Below, one piece after another: positions 1 to 9,669 of a stretch of 64,000 bases of DNA. Numbering within the stretch: the stretch's first letter is position 1; each line of letters starts with the position of its first letter. The stretch lies in assembly GCA_900541885.1 (NCBI GenBank), contig UQKW01000002.1, positions 71,514-135,513 of the forward strand, written 5' to 3'. Source of the DNA: an uncultured Collinsella sp. (GTDB lineage Bacteria > Actinomycetota > Coriobacteriia > Coriobacteriales > Coriobacteriaceae). The notes beneath the pieces are model-generated. The model did not search any database. It had not been told where the DNA came from and saw nothing but the letters and a program-made list of their open reading frames with translations. Made by a program: the position numbers and the translations under genes.

Positions 1-1367
1 CCGAGCTCGCGCTCGAGGCCGCCGCGCGCGTGGATGCCGACCGTGCCGCCGGAAAGCCGCTGCCCCCGCTCGCGGGCGTGCCGCTGGCCATCAAGGACAA
101 CATGAACCTCGTGGGCACGCGCACCACCTGCGCTTCCCGCATGCTCGAGGATTATCAGAGCGTCTACACCGCCACTTGCGTCCAGCGCATGCTCGACGCC
201 GGCTGCCTGCCCATGGGCAAGGCCAACATGGACGAGTTCGCCTTTGGCAGCTCTACCGAGAGCTCGGCCTTCCACCGCACTAACAACCCCTGGGATACCG
301 AGCGCGTGCCCGGCGGCTCCTCGGGCGGCTCCGCTGCCGCCGTCGCCGCGGGCGAGGTCGCGCTTTCGCTGGGCTCGGACACCGGCGGCTCCATCCGTCA
401 GCCGGCGTCGCTGTGCGGCGTGGTGGGCTTTAAGCCCACGTATGGCGCCGTGAGCCGCTATGGCGTGGTGGCCTTTGGCTCGTCGCTCGACCAGGTGGGC
501 CCCTTCGGTCGCACGGTCGAGGACGTCGCGCTGGCCATGAACGCGCTTACCGGCGCGGGCCACGATCCGTACGACTGCACCAGCCAGGACTGCGCCGTCG
601 ACTTTACCGAGCACCTCAACGACAGCATCGAGGGCAAGCGCGTGGGCATTATCCCCGCGTTTATGGAGGCCGAAGGCCTGACGCCCGAGGTCAAGGCCGC
701 CGTCCAGCGCGCCGCCAAGGAGCTGCAGAACCAGGGTGCCGAGCTGGTCGAGGTCGACCTGCCGCACTTGGACGCCGCCATCGCCGCCTACTACGTCATC
801 GGCCCGGCCGAGGCGTTCTCCAACCTGGCCCGCTTCGACGGCATTCGCTACGGGTACCAGGAGGAGGGCTGCGCCAACCTGTCCGACCAGAGCTCGCTCT
901 CGCGCGCTCACGGCTTTGGTGCCGAGGCCAAGCGCCGTCAGATGCTCGGCGCCTACCTGCTGAGCTCGGGCGTGTACGACAAGTACTACTACGCCGCGCA
1001 GAAGGCCCGCACGCTCATCACGCAGAACTACGACGCCGCGTATGCCAAGGTGGACACGATCCTGATGCCCGCCTCGCCGCGCACGGCCTTTAAGTTTGGC
1101 GAGATCAGCGACCCCACGCAGATGTACCTGTCCGACCTGTACACCATTTCGCTCAACATTTGTGGCAACGGCGGCATCTCGGTGCCACTGGGCCTGGGCG
1201 AGGACAGCAAGCTGCCCGTTTCTGCCCAGCTGGTGGGACCTGCCTTTAAGGACCGTCAGCTGCTCACGTTTGCCCGCGCCCTGGAGCGCGGCTTTGCCGA
1301 TGCCGCCATGGGTGCGCCCGCGCTTTCCGTCGCGCCCGATTTTGCCGGGAAGGGAGGCGAGCTGTAA
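1..1367 (+). CDS. gatA: Glutamyl-tRNA(Gln)/Asp-tRNA(Asn) amidotransferase subunit A (5' end outside window)
   Basis: Amidase signature GGSSGGSAAAVAAG...GSDTGGSIRQPA. The frame is open back to nt 1. Its stop overlaps the gatB start (TAATG). Confidence 0.9.
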   Translation, partial: ELALEAAARVDADRAAGKPLPPLAGVPLAIKDNMNLVGTRTTCASRMLEDYQSVYTATCVQRMLDAGCLPMGKANMDEFAFGSSTESSAFHRTNNPWDTERVPGGSSGGSAAAVAAGEVALSLGSDTGGSIRQPASLCGVVGFKPTYGAVSRYGVVAFGSSLDQVGPFGRTVEDVALAMNALTGAGHDPYDCTSQDCAVDFTEHLNDSIEGKRVGIIPAFMEAEGLTPEVKAAVQRAAKELQNQGAELVEVDLPHLDAAIAAYYVIGPAEAFSNLARFDGIRYGYQEEGCANLSDQSSLSRAHGFGAEAKRRQMLGAYLLSSGVYDKYYYAAQKARTLITQNYDAAYAKVDTILMPASPRTAFKFGEISDPTQMYLSDLYTISLNICGNGGISVPLGLGEDSKLPVSAQLVGPAFKDRQLLTFARALERGFADAAMGAPALSVAPDFAGKGGEL

Positions 1368-3043
1368 TGAAGGAGCTTTCCGAGGTCCTGCAGGATTGGG
1401 AGGCCGTGATCGGCCTGGAGATCCATACCGAGCTCACCGCACTCGACACCAAGATGTTCTGCAACTGCAAGCTCAGCCACGATGACGAGCCCAACGCCAA
1501 CGTGTGCCCGGTGTGCCTGGGCCTGCCCGGCGCCCTGCCGGTGCCCAACAAGCGCGCCATCGAGAGCATCGTCAAGGCCGGTCTGGCAACCAACTGCGAG
1601 ATCCAGCGCCACTCGATGTTCTACCGCAAGCACTACTTCTATCCCGACATGGCCAAGAACTTCCAGACCACGCAGGGTCCGGTCGCCTTTGCCATGTACG
1701 GCCATCTGGACCTGGACGTGACCGGTCGCGGTGCCGCCGAGCGCTCCGACTGCGCGTTTGGCGAGGCCGAGGCCCAGAGCCTGGCGAGCGCTTCTGCCAA
1801 TGCCGAGGGCCTGTCCACGTCCATGACGTCGACCATGCGCGAGGGCAACCAGCGCGCCGGTCACCTGGCCAGCTACGATGCGTCCAACCTGCAGATGCCC
1901 GAGCGCCGCGAGGATGGCTCCTACACGGTACCCATCCGCATTCTGCGCATCCATATGGAGGAGGACGCCGCCAAGATGGTGCACGTGGGCGGTGCCGAGG
2001 GTCGCATTACCGCCGCGGCCGAGTCGCTCGTCGACTACAACCGCTGCGGCACGCCGCTGATCGAGCTCGTCACCGAGCCCGACCTGCGCACGCCCGAGGA
2101 GGCCCGCCTGTTTATGGAGAAGCTCCGTCGCATCTTTGTGACGCTGGGCATCTCCGACTGCTCCATGGAGAAGGGTTCCATGCGCTGCGACGGCAACGTG
2201 AGCCTGCGTCGCCGCGGCGAGACCAAGCTGGGCACCAAGACCGAGCTCAAGAACCTCAACTCGTTCAAGAGCCTGCACGACGGCCTTGCCTACGAGATTT
2301 GCCGCCAGGCCGAGGTGCTCGAGGAGGGCGGCGTCATCTATCAGGAGACCCGCCACTGGGAGCCCAGCCGCAAGCGCACCGTCGTCATGCGTGTGAAGGA
2401 GACGGCTGACGACTATCGTCTGTTCCCCGATCCCGACCTGGCGCCGTTCGATCTGGATGACGAGTTCATCGACCGCTGCCGTGGCGAGATCCCCGAGCTG
2501 CCCGATGCCAAGCGCGCCCGTTTTGAGGCCGACTTTGGCATTAAGACGGCAGACGCCGAGCAGATCGCCGGCGATCCCGAGTTTGCCGAGTTCTTTGAGG
2601 CCGCCGCTGCCGATATGGCCGGCAAGGAGGCTCAGACGGTCGCGAATCTGCTGGTCAACGAGATGATCGCCTACCTTAAGGGCGCGGGCGTGTCGCTCTC
2701 CGAGTCCGGCATCGCGCCGGCTCAGGTGGCCGCGCTTGCCAATCTGCTGGCGACCGATGCCATCAGCTCCAACCAGGCGCACGAGGTGTTTGAGGCCATG
2801 GCCCAGACCGGCGACGACCCCAACAAGATCGTCGACGAGCGCGGTATGCGCCAGGTGAGCGATGCCGGCGCGCTGCAGCCGATCGTGGACGAGGTGCTGG
2901 CGAACTGTGCCGAGCAGGCGCAGCAGTATCGTGACGGTAACCAGAAGGTCATTGGCTTTTTGGTGGGCCAGTGCATGAAGGCGAGTCGCGGCAAGGGCAA
3001 CCCGAAGCTCTTCAACGAGTTGCTGAGAACGTCGCTCTCGTAA
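1367..3043 (+). CDS. gatB: Aspartyl/glutamyl-tRNA amidotransferase subunit B, carrying a ~60-aa low-complexity insertion
   Basis: Conserved GatB blocks are present: GLEIHTEL, CPVCLGLPGALP, RIHMEEDAAK, GTKTELKNLNSF, YRLFPDPDL, and the C-terminal GatB/YqeY region. 558 aa versus a typical ~480-500 aa. Confidence 0.9.
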   Translation: MKELSEVLQDWEAVIGLEIHTELTALDTKMFCNCKLSHDDEPNANVCPVCLGLPGALPVPNKRAIESIVKAGLATNCEIQRHSMFYRKHYFYPDMAKNFQTTQGPVAFAMYGHLDLDVTGRGAAERSDCAFGEAEAQSLASASANAEGLSTSMTSTMREGNQRAGHLASYDASNLQMPERREDGSYTVPIRILRIHMEEDAAKMVHVGGAEGRITAAAESLVDYNRCGTPLIELVTEPDLRTPEEARLFMEKLRRIFVTLGISDCSMEKGSMRCDGNVSLRRRGETKLGTKTELKNLNSFKSLHDGLAYEICRQAEVLEEGGVIYQETRHWEPSRKRTVVMRVKETADDYRLFPDPDLAPFDLDDEFIDRCRGEIPELPDAKRARFEADFGIKTADAEQIAGDPEFAEFFEAAAADMAGKEAQTVANLLVNEMIAYLKGAGVSLSESGIAPAQVAALANLLATDAISSNQAHEVFEAMAQTGDDPNKIVDERGMRQVSDAGALQPIVDEVLANCAEQAQQYRDGNQKVIGFLVGQCMKASRGKGNPKLFNELLRTSLS

Positions 3044-3047
3044 GCGG

Positions 3048-3187
3048 GAACCCGGGAGCCCCGGCAGGGCGGGTGCTTCCTCAAAATTTCAAACAGTCCT
3101 GCGCAAGACGAAGGCCACATTAAGTGGCCTTCTTTGCGTGCGGAACTCATTTTGAGCAAGCACCCGCCCTGCCGGGGCTCCCGGGTT
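3048..3187. repeat. ~140-bp nested imperfect palindrome. Outer arms 3048-3087 and 3148-3187 have 1 mismatch. Inner hairpin ggccacATTAAgtggcc.
   Basis: Reverse-complementing the right arm reproduces the left arm except one base. The centre contains a second hairpin. Confidence 0.8.
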
Positions 3188-3235
3188 CTGTGACGACTCG
3201 GCCGTTCGGGTCAGGCGGGCTGATAGAAAGATGGT

Positions 3236-3270
3236 GACGGAGGCGCAAAATGCGCCTCCGTCTTTTGAAT
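3236..3270 (+). terminator. Hairpin ggaggcgcaAAAtgcgcctcc followed by a T-run
   Basis: GC stem plus gtcttttg on the + strand. Confidence 0.5.
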
Positions 3271-3300
3271 GTGATGAAAGTGTGGCGAACTGAGCTTAAT

Positions 3301-3370
3301 ACTTCCGTAAATGTGATAAACATCACGTTTTCCCTGGGGTAAAATGTGGGAAATATCACGTTTACGGAAG
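3301..3370. promoter_or_regulatory. Imperfect 18-bp inverted repeat (acttccgtaaatgtgata ... tatcacgtttacggaagt) with an inner partial dyad, ~25 bp upstream of the ATPase start
   Basis: The sequence sits directly upstream of the RBS ggagg and the ATG at 3393. Confidence 0.5.
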
Positions 3371-3392
3371 TTTCTTTGCGGGAGGTTCGGTC

Positions 3393-4757
3393 ATGCAGCG
3401 AGATATCATTGCCAAGCTTAACGCTTGGAAAGCGTCGGAATATCGTAAGCCGCTTATCCTTAAGGGGGCGCGCCAGGTTGGAAAGACGTGGGCGCTTAAG
3501 GAGTTCGGCCGAACCTCGTACCGCAATTTTGTGTATCTGACGCTCGAGGAGCCATCACCTGGGGTACAGAGCGAGTACGCTCAGTTTTTCGAAGGTACGC
3601 GCGATCCTCGACGGATCATCTCAAATCTTTCCCTGGCGCTTGGACAGCCTATCGATCCTGGCGAGACGCTGCTTATTATTGATGAGATCCAGGATTGTCC
3701 TTCTGCAGTCGGTGCCCTTAAATACTTCTGTGACGAGGCCCCCGAGTATCACGTCGCATGCGCAGGGTCTTTGTTGGGCGTTCGCTTGTCCCGTGAGACC
3801 AGCGCTTTTCCGGTGGGAAAGGTCGAGTTCATGGAGATGCGCCCCATGAGCTTTTCCGAGTTTCTGAAAGCCGAGGGCGCTGCAAACTACGACGAATACC
3901 TTGGCGGCCTGGATCAGATCGAGACAGTGCCCGATTTCTTCCATGTCCGTCTCGTCGAGCATCTTCGTCGTTATTTTGCATGCGGCGGCATGCCAGAGGC
4001 TCTTGGCCGGTGGGTGGAGACGGGCGATATCGTTCAGGTCGATAAGGTGTTGTCTGATCTCTTGGATTCCTACGAGCGCGATTTTGCCAAGCATGGTGGC
4101 CGTGCGCAGTTCGCCAAGCTTTCGCAAATATGGAACTCGATTCCAGCTCAGTTGGCGCGCGAGAACAAAAAGTTCGTTTGGGGTGCGGTGCGCGAGGGGG
4201 CTCGTGCTCGAGAATACGAGGATGCTCTGGAATGGCTTGCCGATGCTGGGCTCATCACGGCGGTTCGCCTTAATGCTGCTGGTGGTGTGCCGCTCTCTGC
4301 GTACGATGACCTCAAGGCATTTAAGGTCTACTGTCTTGATGTCGGCTTGCTGCGCCGCATGGCAAGGCTGGATGCGTCCGCTTTTGCCATCTCGGATGCG
4401 CTATTTTCGGAGTTCAAAGGTTCGTTCGCCGAGAACTATGTGCTTCAGGCATTACTTTCACAGTTAGATGCTGCTCCGCGTTATTGGACAAACGAGAAGC
4501 CGAAGCACGAAGTCGATTTTTTGATTCAAGTCGGAAACGAAATCGTTCCCGTCGAGGTCAAATCGGGAGAGGTCGTTCATTCCAAGAGCCTTAAGTACTA
4601 TGCCGACAAGCATGCGGAGACGACTCCATTGAGGGTCCGCTACTCACTTAAGAACCTAAAGCTCGACGACGGGGTGCTCAACATTCCGTTGTATTTGGCT
4701 GATCGATCTGTCCCTCTTATCAAAAAGGCGCTTGATTGTGCGCATCTTGACGTTTAG
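3393..4757 (+). CDS. AAA+ family ATPase with C-terminal DUF4143-type domain
   Basis: Walker A LILKGARQVGKT, Walker B LLIIDEIQ, and family-typical architecture. Local GC (~52%) is below that of its neighbours. Confidence 0.8.
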   Translation: MQRDIIAKLNAWKASEYRKPLILKGARQVGKTWALKEFGRTSYRNFVYLTLEEPSPGVQSEYAQFFEGTRDPRRIISNLSLALGQPIDPGETLLIIDEIQDCPSAVGALKYFCDEAPEYHVACAGSLLGVRLSRETSAFPVGKVEFMEMRPMSFSEFLKAEGAANYDEYLGGLDQIETVPDFFHVRLVEHLRRYFACGGMPEALGRWVETGDIVQVDKVLSDLLDSYERDFAKHGGRAQFAKLSQIWNSIPAQLARENKKFVWGAVREGARAREYEDALEWLADAGLITAVRLNAAGGVPLSAYDDLKAFKVYCLDVGLLRRMARLDASAFAISDALFSEFKGSFAENYVLQALLSQLDAAPRYWTNEKPKHEVDFLIQVGNEIVPVEVKSGEVVHSKSLKYYADKHAETTPLRVRYSLKNLKLDDGVLNIPLYLADRSVPLIKKALDCAHLDV

Positions 4758-4821
4758 ATCCTGGGTGAGCTGACGGGCGGCGGCTAATTAATCGCTCCGT
4801 TACGGCCAGGGAGCTTGGGCC

Positions 4822-5826
4822 TTAGCGATGCTTGCTTCGCCAAGTGGTGGGGGTGGTGCCGGTGTGTTGCTTGAAGGCTTGGGCGAAGGCGGCCTGCTGA
4901 GGGTAGCCTAGACGCTCTGCCACCTGCGCTATCGTGAGCGCGCTATCGGCCAAAAGGTCCTGTGCTCGCTCCATGCGGCGTCTGCGAATGTAGGCGCCCA
5001 GGGACTCGCCAGTTTGGGCCTTAAAGGTGGCGCATAGTTTGGAGCGGCTTGTGTAGAGCCTCTCGGCCACTTCGTTGACACCCACACGTCTGCCGTTGTC
5101 GAGCGCGCGCTCAATCATTGCCGTTGCTTCTTCGGCAATGGTTATGCTGGCGCGTGTGTCTGCCGCCTGCCGCGCCTGCTTGTGGGCCGCGCGCGAACAG
5201 GCGAGCTCCGCGACCATGGTCTCCACGATGCCCTGCATATAGACGTGTCCGCCTACGGTGCGGGCGCGTTCCTCGTTAATCCGGCGCAGCGTGTGGCAGA
5301 TGGCAGACGTCGCTTCCTCGTGCCATGGCTCGGCAAACGCCTCAAAGATTCCCGTGAACTCGGTGGGATAGCGGTGCTCCAGTTCGTCAAAATATCCAGG
5401 CAAAAAGAGCACCGAGCACGAGTGATAGAGCTCCCCCGCAAACAGCGGGCTTAATTCCTCGCCACAGCTATCTTGGATAAAGCTGCAAACGGCATTGTTT
5501 GGCCACGGTCCATGCAAGGGTTTAAGGTTCGCGGGCGTTATGCCAGCCTCGGGCATGCACATGAGCGTGGGCATGCTGACTTCGCTCACACACGCGTACG
5601 GTTCGGGTGTGTATTCGGCCAGGTACATATCGTGCGTCGGGGTGATGAAATGCTCCATGACGATGCAGGCAGGGGAGAGGGGCATGATCCATGCGCGGCC
5701 GTGTGCCCGATCGTTTGCCACCTCGCCGGTAAAGACGGCGCCCTTGCCGGAAAGCTCCAGGCCAAACTGCTCAAACTGTGGTGCATAGAGCTCGGTTATG
5801 TCGGTCGCGGCCCGATGCATTTTCAA
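4822..5826 (-). CDS. AraC-family transcriptional regulator
   Basis: C-terminal AraC HTH (IAQVAERLGYPQQAAFAQAFKQHTGTTPTTWR). Divergent from the ABC exporter genes. Confidence 0.85.
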   Translation of the reverse strand: MKMHRAATDITELYAPQFEQFGLELSGKGAVFTGEVANDRAHGRAWIMPLSPACIVMEHFITPTHDMYLAEYTPEPYACVSEVSMPTLMCMPEAGITPANLKPLHGPWPNNAVCSFIQDSCGEELSPLFAGELYHSCSVLFLPGYFDELEHRYPTEFTGIFEAFAEPWHEEATSAICHTLRRINEERARTVGGHVYMQGIVETMVAELACSRAAHKQARQAADTRASITIAEEATAMIERALDNGRRVGVNEVAERLYTSRSKLCATFKAQTGESLGAYIRRRRMERAQDLLADSALTIAQVAERLGYPQQAAFAQAFKQHTGTTPTTWRSKHR

Positions 5827-5940
5827 AAGCGTCCCCTTCCTTTGCGGAAACGTCCACGCCTGGCTCGATTGTGTGCCTTGGCTAACATATCAATGATAAG
5901 TTGATTAAGGTTAACTCTCAAGCCGTTAGAAAGGAACCTC

Positions 5941-7767
5941 ATGGCAAAGGGATCAAAAAGGGAAGGCGGCGGTATCGGCGAGCTGCTTGCATATGCCGGC
6001 GACCGTAAATTCCTAACTTATTTGGGCATGGCGCTCTCGGCGCTCTCGCAGCTGCTGAGCTTTGGCCCGTACGTGTGCATCTGGTTTGTCGCGCGAGACC
6101 TTATCGCTGTGGCGCCTAACTGGAGCGAAGCCACCGATATCGCGATGTATGGCTGGTGGGCCGTGGGGTTTGCCCTGGCAAGCATCGTAGTTTATTTCGT
6201 GGGGCTCATGTGCACGCACCTGTCTGCGTTTCGCTGCGCGTCCAATATCCGCAAGACTACGAGCGAGCACCTGCTTAAGCTGCCGCTTGGCTACTTTGAC
6301 ACGCACTCCACCGGTGAGCTGCGCCGTATTGTAGACGGATGCGCCGCCTCCACCGAGACCCTGCTCGCGCACATGCTGCCCGATATCGCCGGCGCCACCG
6401 CCATGGTCGCAGGCCTGCTCGTGCTGCTTTTCGCCCTCGATTGGCGTTTGGGGGTGGCATGCCTTATCTCGGTCGTCGTTTCGCTTGGCGCCATGGCCAC
6501 CATGATGGGCGGCAAAGGCGCCGAGTTCATGAAGGCCTACATGGGAGCGCTGGTCAAGATGAACAAGACCGGCACCGAATACGTACGCGGCATCCCCGTG
6601 GTCAAGGTGTTTCAGCAGACGGTCTACTCCTTTAAGGCTTTCCACGATGCGATCGCCGAATACGCCGACATGGCACAAAGCTATGCGGGCACGTTCTGCC
6701 GAGGTCCGCAGGTACTCAACCTTACCGCGCTCAATGGCCTTGTGGCATTCCTGCTGCCCGTGGCGTTGCTGTTGGCGCCGGGCGAGACGGACTTCGCACA
6801 TTTTATGGCCAACTTCACGTTTTACGCGATATTTTCGGCCGTGGTACCGACGGCCATGACCAAGCTCATGTTTGTGGGCGAGGCCTCTCAGATGAGTGCC
6901 GATTCGCTGGCTCGCATCCGAAGCATCATGGATTCCAAGCAGCTCTCCGTGCCCGCCCAACTCAAGCACCCTGCCGGCGGCGAAGTGCGATTTGAGGACG
7001 TAAGCTTTACGTACGAGGGTGCCGAAGCACCTGCCGTTAGCCATGTAAGTTTCAGCGTTCCCGCTGGTAGCACCCTCGCTCTAGTGGGTCCTTCGGGCGG
7101 CGGCAAGTCAACCTGCGCAAGCCTGATTCCTCGTTTTTGGGATGTCTCTTCGGGCCGAGTGCTTGTAGGCGGTGTGGACGTTTGCGATATGGATCCGCAC
7201 GAGCTTATGGACCAGGTCGCTTTCGTGTTCCAGACTAACCAGCTGTTCCGGCAAACACTTGCCGATAATGTGCGCGCCTCCAAGCCTACGGCCACTGACG
7301 ACGAAGTGCGTGCGGCCCTCTCCGCAGCTCAGTGCGACGACATTGTGGCCAAGCTCCCGCAGGGCATCAATACCATGCTCGGTGCCGGCGGAGCATATCT
7401 TTCGGGCGGCGAGGTCCAGCGCGTGGCGCTCGCCCGCGCGATCCTTAAAGACGCGCCTATCGTGGTGCTCGATGAGGCCACGGCGTTTGCCGACCCCGAG
7501 AACGAGGCGCTCATCCAGCGCGCCTTTAGCAAGCTGGCGGCGGGTCGCACGGTCATTATGATTGCTCATCGACTCTCGACTGTAGTGGGCGCAGATCAAA
7601 TCGTGGTGCTCAACCAGGGCAGGGTGCAGGAGTCGGGTACCCATGCCGAGTTGCTGTCCCAAAACGGCTTGTATGCCAAGATGTGGGCCGAATACGAACA
7701 GGCCGCGAGCTGGAAAATCACTGCAGCGACCGCGGATGCCGCCGTCACGAAGGGAGGCGAGGCCTAA
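5941..7767 (+). CDS. ABC exporter, fused permease/ATP-binding protein (half-transporter 1 of a heterodimer)
   Basis: Six N-terminal TM helices, Walker A GPSGGGKST, signature LSGGEVQR, Walker B VVLDEATA. Confidence 0.85.
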   Translation: MAKGSKREGGGIGELLAYAGDRKFLTYLGMALSALSQLLSFGPYVCIWFVARDLIAVAPNWSEATDIAMYGWWAVGFALASIVVYFVGLMCTHLSAFRCASNIRKTTSEHLLKLPLGYFDTHSTGELRRIVDGCAASTETLLAHMLPDIAGATAMVAGLLVLLFALDWRLGVACLISVVVSLGAMATMMGGKGAEFMKAYMGALVKMNKTGTEYVRGIPVVKVFQQTVYSFKAFHDAIAEYADMAQSYAGTFCRGPQVLNLTALNGLVAFLLPVALLLAPGETDFAHFMANFTFYAIFSAVVPTAMTKLMFVGEASQMSADSLARIRSIMDSKQLSVPAQLKHPAGGEVRFEDVSFTYEGAEAPAVSHVSFSVPAGSTLALVGPSGGGKSTCASLIPRFWDVSSGRVLVGGVDVCDMDPHELMDQVAFVFQTNQLFRQTLADNVRASKPTATDDEVRAALSAAQCDDIVAKLPQGINTMLGAGGAYLSGGEVQRVALARAILKDAPIVVLDEATAFADPENEALIQRAFSKLAAGRTVIMIAHRLSTVVGADQIVVLNQGRVQESGTHAELLSQNGLYAKMWAEYEQAASWKITAATADAAVTKGGEA

Positions 7768-9525
7768 ATGTTCGCCTCATTCCAAAAGAAATATTTCCTA
7801 TCCGATAAAGGCGTCGCCGGCGTAAAACGCGGCATTTTCTGGACCACGCTCACCAATCTTATTACCATGGCCGGCATGGGCTTTTTATTCCTGGTTATGG
7901 CCGGCTTTGTCGAGCATCTCACCAGCGGGGCTGACCTGCCGGATGCCCTGCCGATCGTGGGCGGCCTCCTGGTCTTTTTCGTGTTGCTCTTTGCCTCTAA
8001 CTGGCAGCAGTATTACTACACTTACTGCATCTTTTACGAGGAGTGCGGCAAGCAGCGTATGGAGATCGCCGAACGCTTGCGCAAACTGCCGCTGTCGTTT
8101 TTCGGTCGTCGTGATCTGGCCGATTTAACCGAGACCATCATGGGTGACGTCCAGGCCATGGAGCACGCCTACAGCCACGTGCTGGGGGAGCTTTGGGGTG
8201 CCATCATCGCAAGCGCCATTGTGTTCGTGGCGTCGCTGTTCTTTTGCTGGCAGCTGGCGATCGCGGCGTTTTGGAGCGTTCCCGTGGCCTTTGCCGTGCT
8301 GTATCTAACACGCGGCCCCATGGTCCCGGTGTTCGACCGTGTTCGCGCCGAGAAGGTCAAAGTCACTGAGGCGATCCAGGAGACGCTCGATTGTGTGCGC
8401 GAGATCCGCGCCACCAACCAGGAGGCCTATTATCTTGAGGGACTCGGCGCCGTGATTGATGCCGAGGAGCGCGAGACCACTAAGGGAGAACTCGTTAACG
8501 GGCTTTTGGTCAACTCCGCCTTTGTCATTTTGCGTCTGGGCATTGCCACCACGCTGGTCACGGGCGCCGCGGTGGTCGCCTCCGGGCAGGTCGACTTTTT
8601 GGTGATGTTTGCCTTCCTGCTTATGGTGAGCCGTATCTATGCGCCCTTTGACCAGGCGTTAATGTTAATGTCCGAGCTGTTTGCCGCCGAGTCGTCTGCC
8701 AGGCGCATGCGTTCCATCATGGAAGAGCCTGTGGCGCGGGGCAGCGAGAAATTTGAGCCCGTGGGCCACGATGTGGTGTTCGATCACGTGGCGTTTGGCT
8801 ATGGTGCGGGCGAGGACGGCCGCGCTGGCGAGAAAGTTCTTACCGATGTGAGCTTTACCGCCAAGGAAGGCGAGGTCACGGCACTGGTCGGTCCTTCGGG
8901 TTCCGGTAAGTCTACGGTGAGCCGCCTGGCCGCGCGCTTTTGGGATGCCACCGAAGGCACGGTTACCGTGGGTGGCGTGGATGTCGCGAGCGTGGATCCC
9001 GAGGTGCTGCTGCGCGACTACGCCATTGTGTTCCAGGACGTGCTGCTCTTTGACGACACGGTGATGGGAAACATCCGCCTCGGGCGTCGTGACGCCACCG
9101 ATGAGGAAGTGCTTGCGGCCGCGCGTGCCGCCAACTGCGACGAGTTCGTGAATCGCATGCCGCAGGGTTACGACACCATGATCGGCGAGAATGGTTCCAA
9201 GCTTTCTGGTGGCGAGCGCCAGCGCATCTCTATCGCCCGTGCGCTGCTCAAAGACGCGCCCATCGTGCTGTTGGACGAGGCGACGGCAAGCTTGGATGTG
9301 GAGAATGAGACCGTGGTACAGCAGGCACTCTCCCGTCTGCTTGCAGGTAAGACGGTTATCGTTATTGCCCACCGTATGCGTACGGTGGAAAATGCCGACA
9401 AGATCGTCGTGCTCAAGGATGGCGTGGTTGCCGAGCAGGGTGCTTCGGCTCAGCTCAAGGCGGCAGGTGGAGAATTTGCCCGTATGGTCGCACTGCAAAA
9501 GGAAGCGGCTGCCTGGCAGCTGTAG
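7768..9525 (+). CDS. ABC exporter, fused permease/ATP-binding protein (half-transporter 2)
   Basis: Translationally coupled to the preceding gene (TAAATG). Walker A GPSGSGKST, LSGGERQR, LLDEATASLD. Confidence 0.85.
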   Translation: MFASFQKKYFLSDKGVAGVKRGIFWTTLTNLITMAGMGFLFLVMAGFVEHLTSGADLPDALPIVGGLLVFFVLLFASNWQQYYYTYCIFYEECGKQRMEIAERLRKLPLSFFGRRDLADLTETIMGDVQAMEHAYSHVLGELWGAIIASAIVFVASLFFCWQLAIAAFWSVPVAFAVLYLTRGPMVPVFDRVRAEKVKVTEAIQETLDCVREIRATNQEAYYLEGLGAVIDAEERETTKGELVNGLLVNSAFVILRLGIATTLVTGAAVVASGQVDFLVMFAFLLMVSRIYAPFDQALMLMSELFAAESSARRMRSIMEEPVARGSEKFEPVGHDVVFDHVAFGYGAGEDGRAGEKVLTDVSFTAKEGEVTALVGPSGSGKSTVSRLAARFWDATEGTVTVGGVDVASVDPEVLLRDYAIVFQDVLLFDDTVMGNIRLGRRDATDEEVLAAARAANCDEFVNRMPQGYDTMIGENGSKLSGGERQRISIARALLKDAPIVLLDEATASLDVENETVVQQALSRLLAGKTVIVIAHRMRTVENADKIVVLKDGVVAEQGASAQLKAAGGEFARMVALQKEAAAWQL

Positions 9526-9669
9526 GAAAGGGGACCAAGATTTCCAAAGGTTAACTTTGGTTGACCATAATAGTTCGACTAAACTAGTCTCAAAGCGTGC
9601 TCGAGCAAACTAATGAACTCGGGTGCTAAGGCACCATGCCGCGCTTGTGCGGCAAAAGGGAGAAGCAAC

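Noticed and set aside
1256-2782. 508-aa ORF on the minus strand overlapping gatA and gatB
   Set aside because: Antisense to two well-supported genes. Ala/Gly/Leu-rich translation typical of GC-rich antisense frames.
6013-7044. 343-aa minus-strand ORF inside the first ABC exporter gene
   Set aside because: Antisense to a gene with complete ABC motifs. Arg/His-rich artefact.
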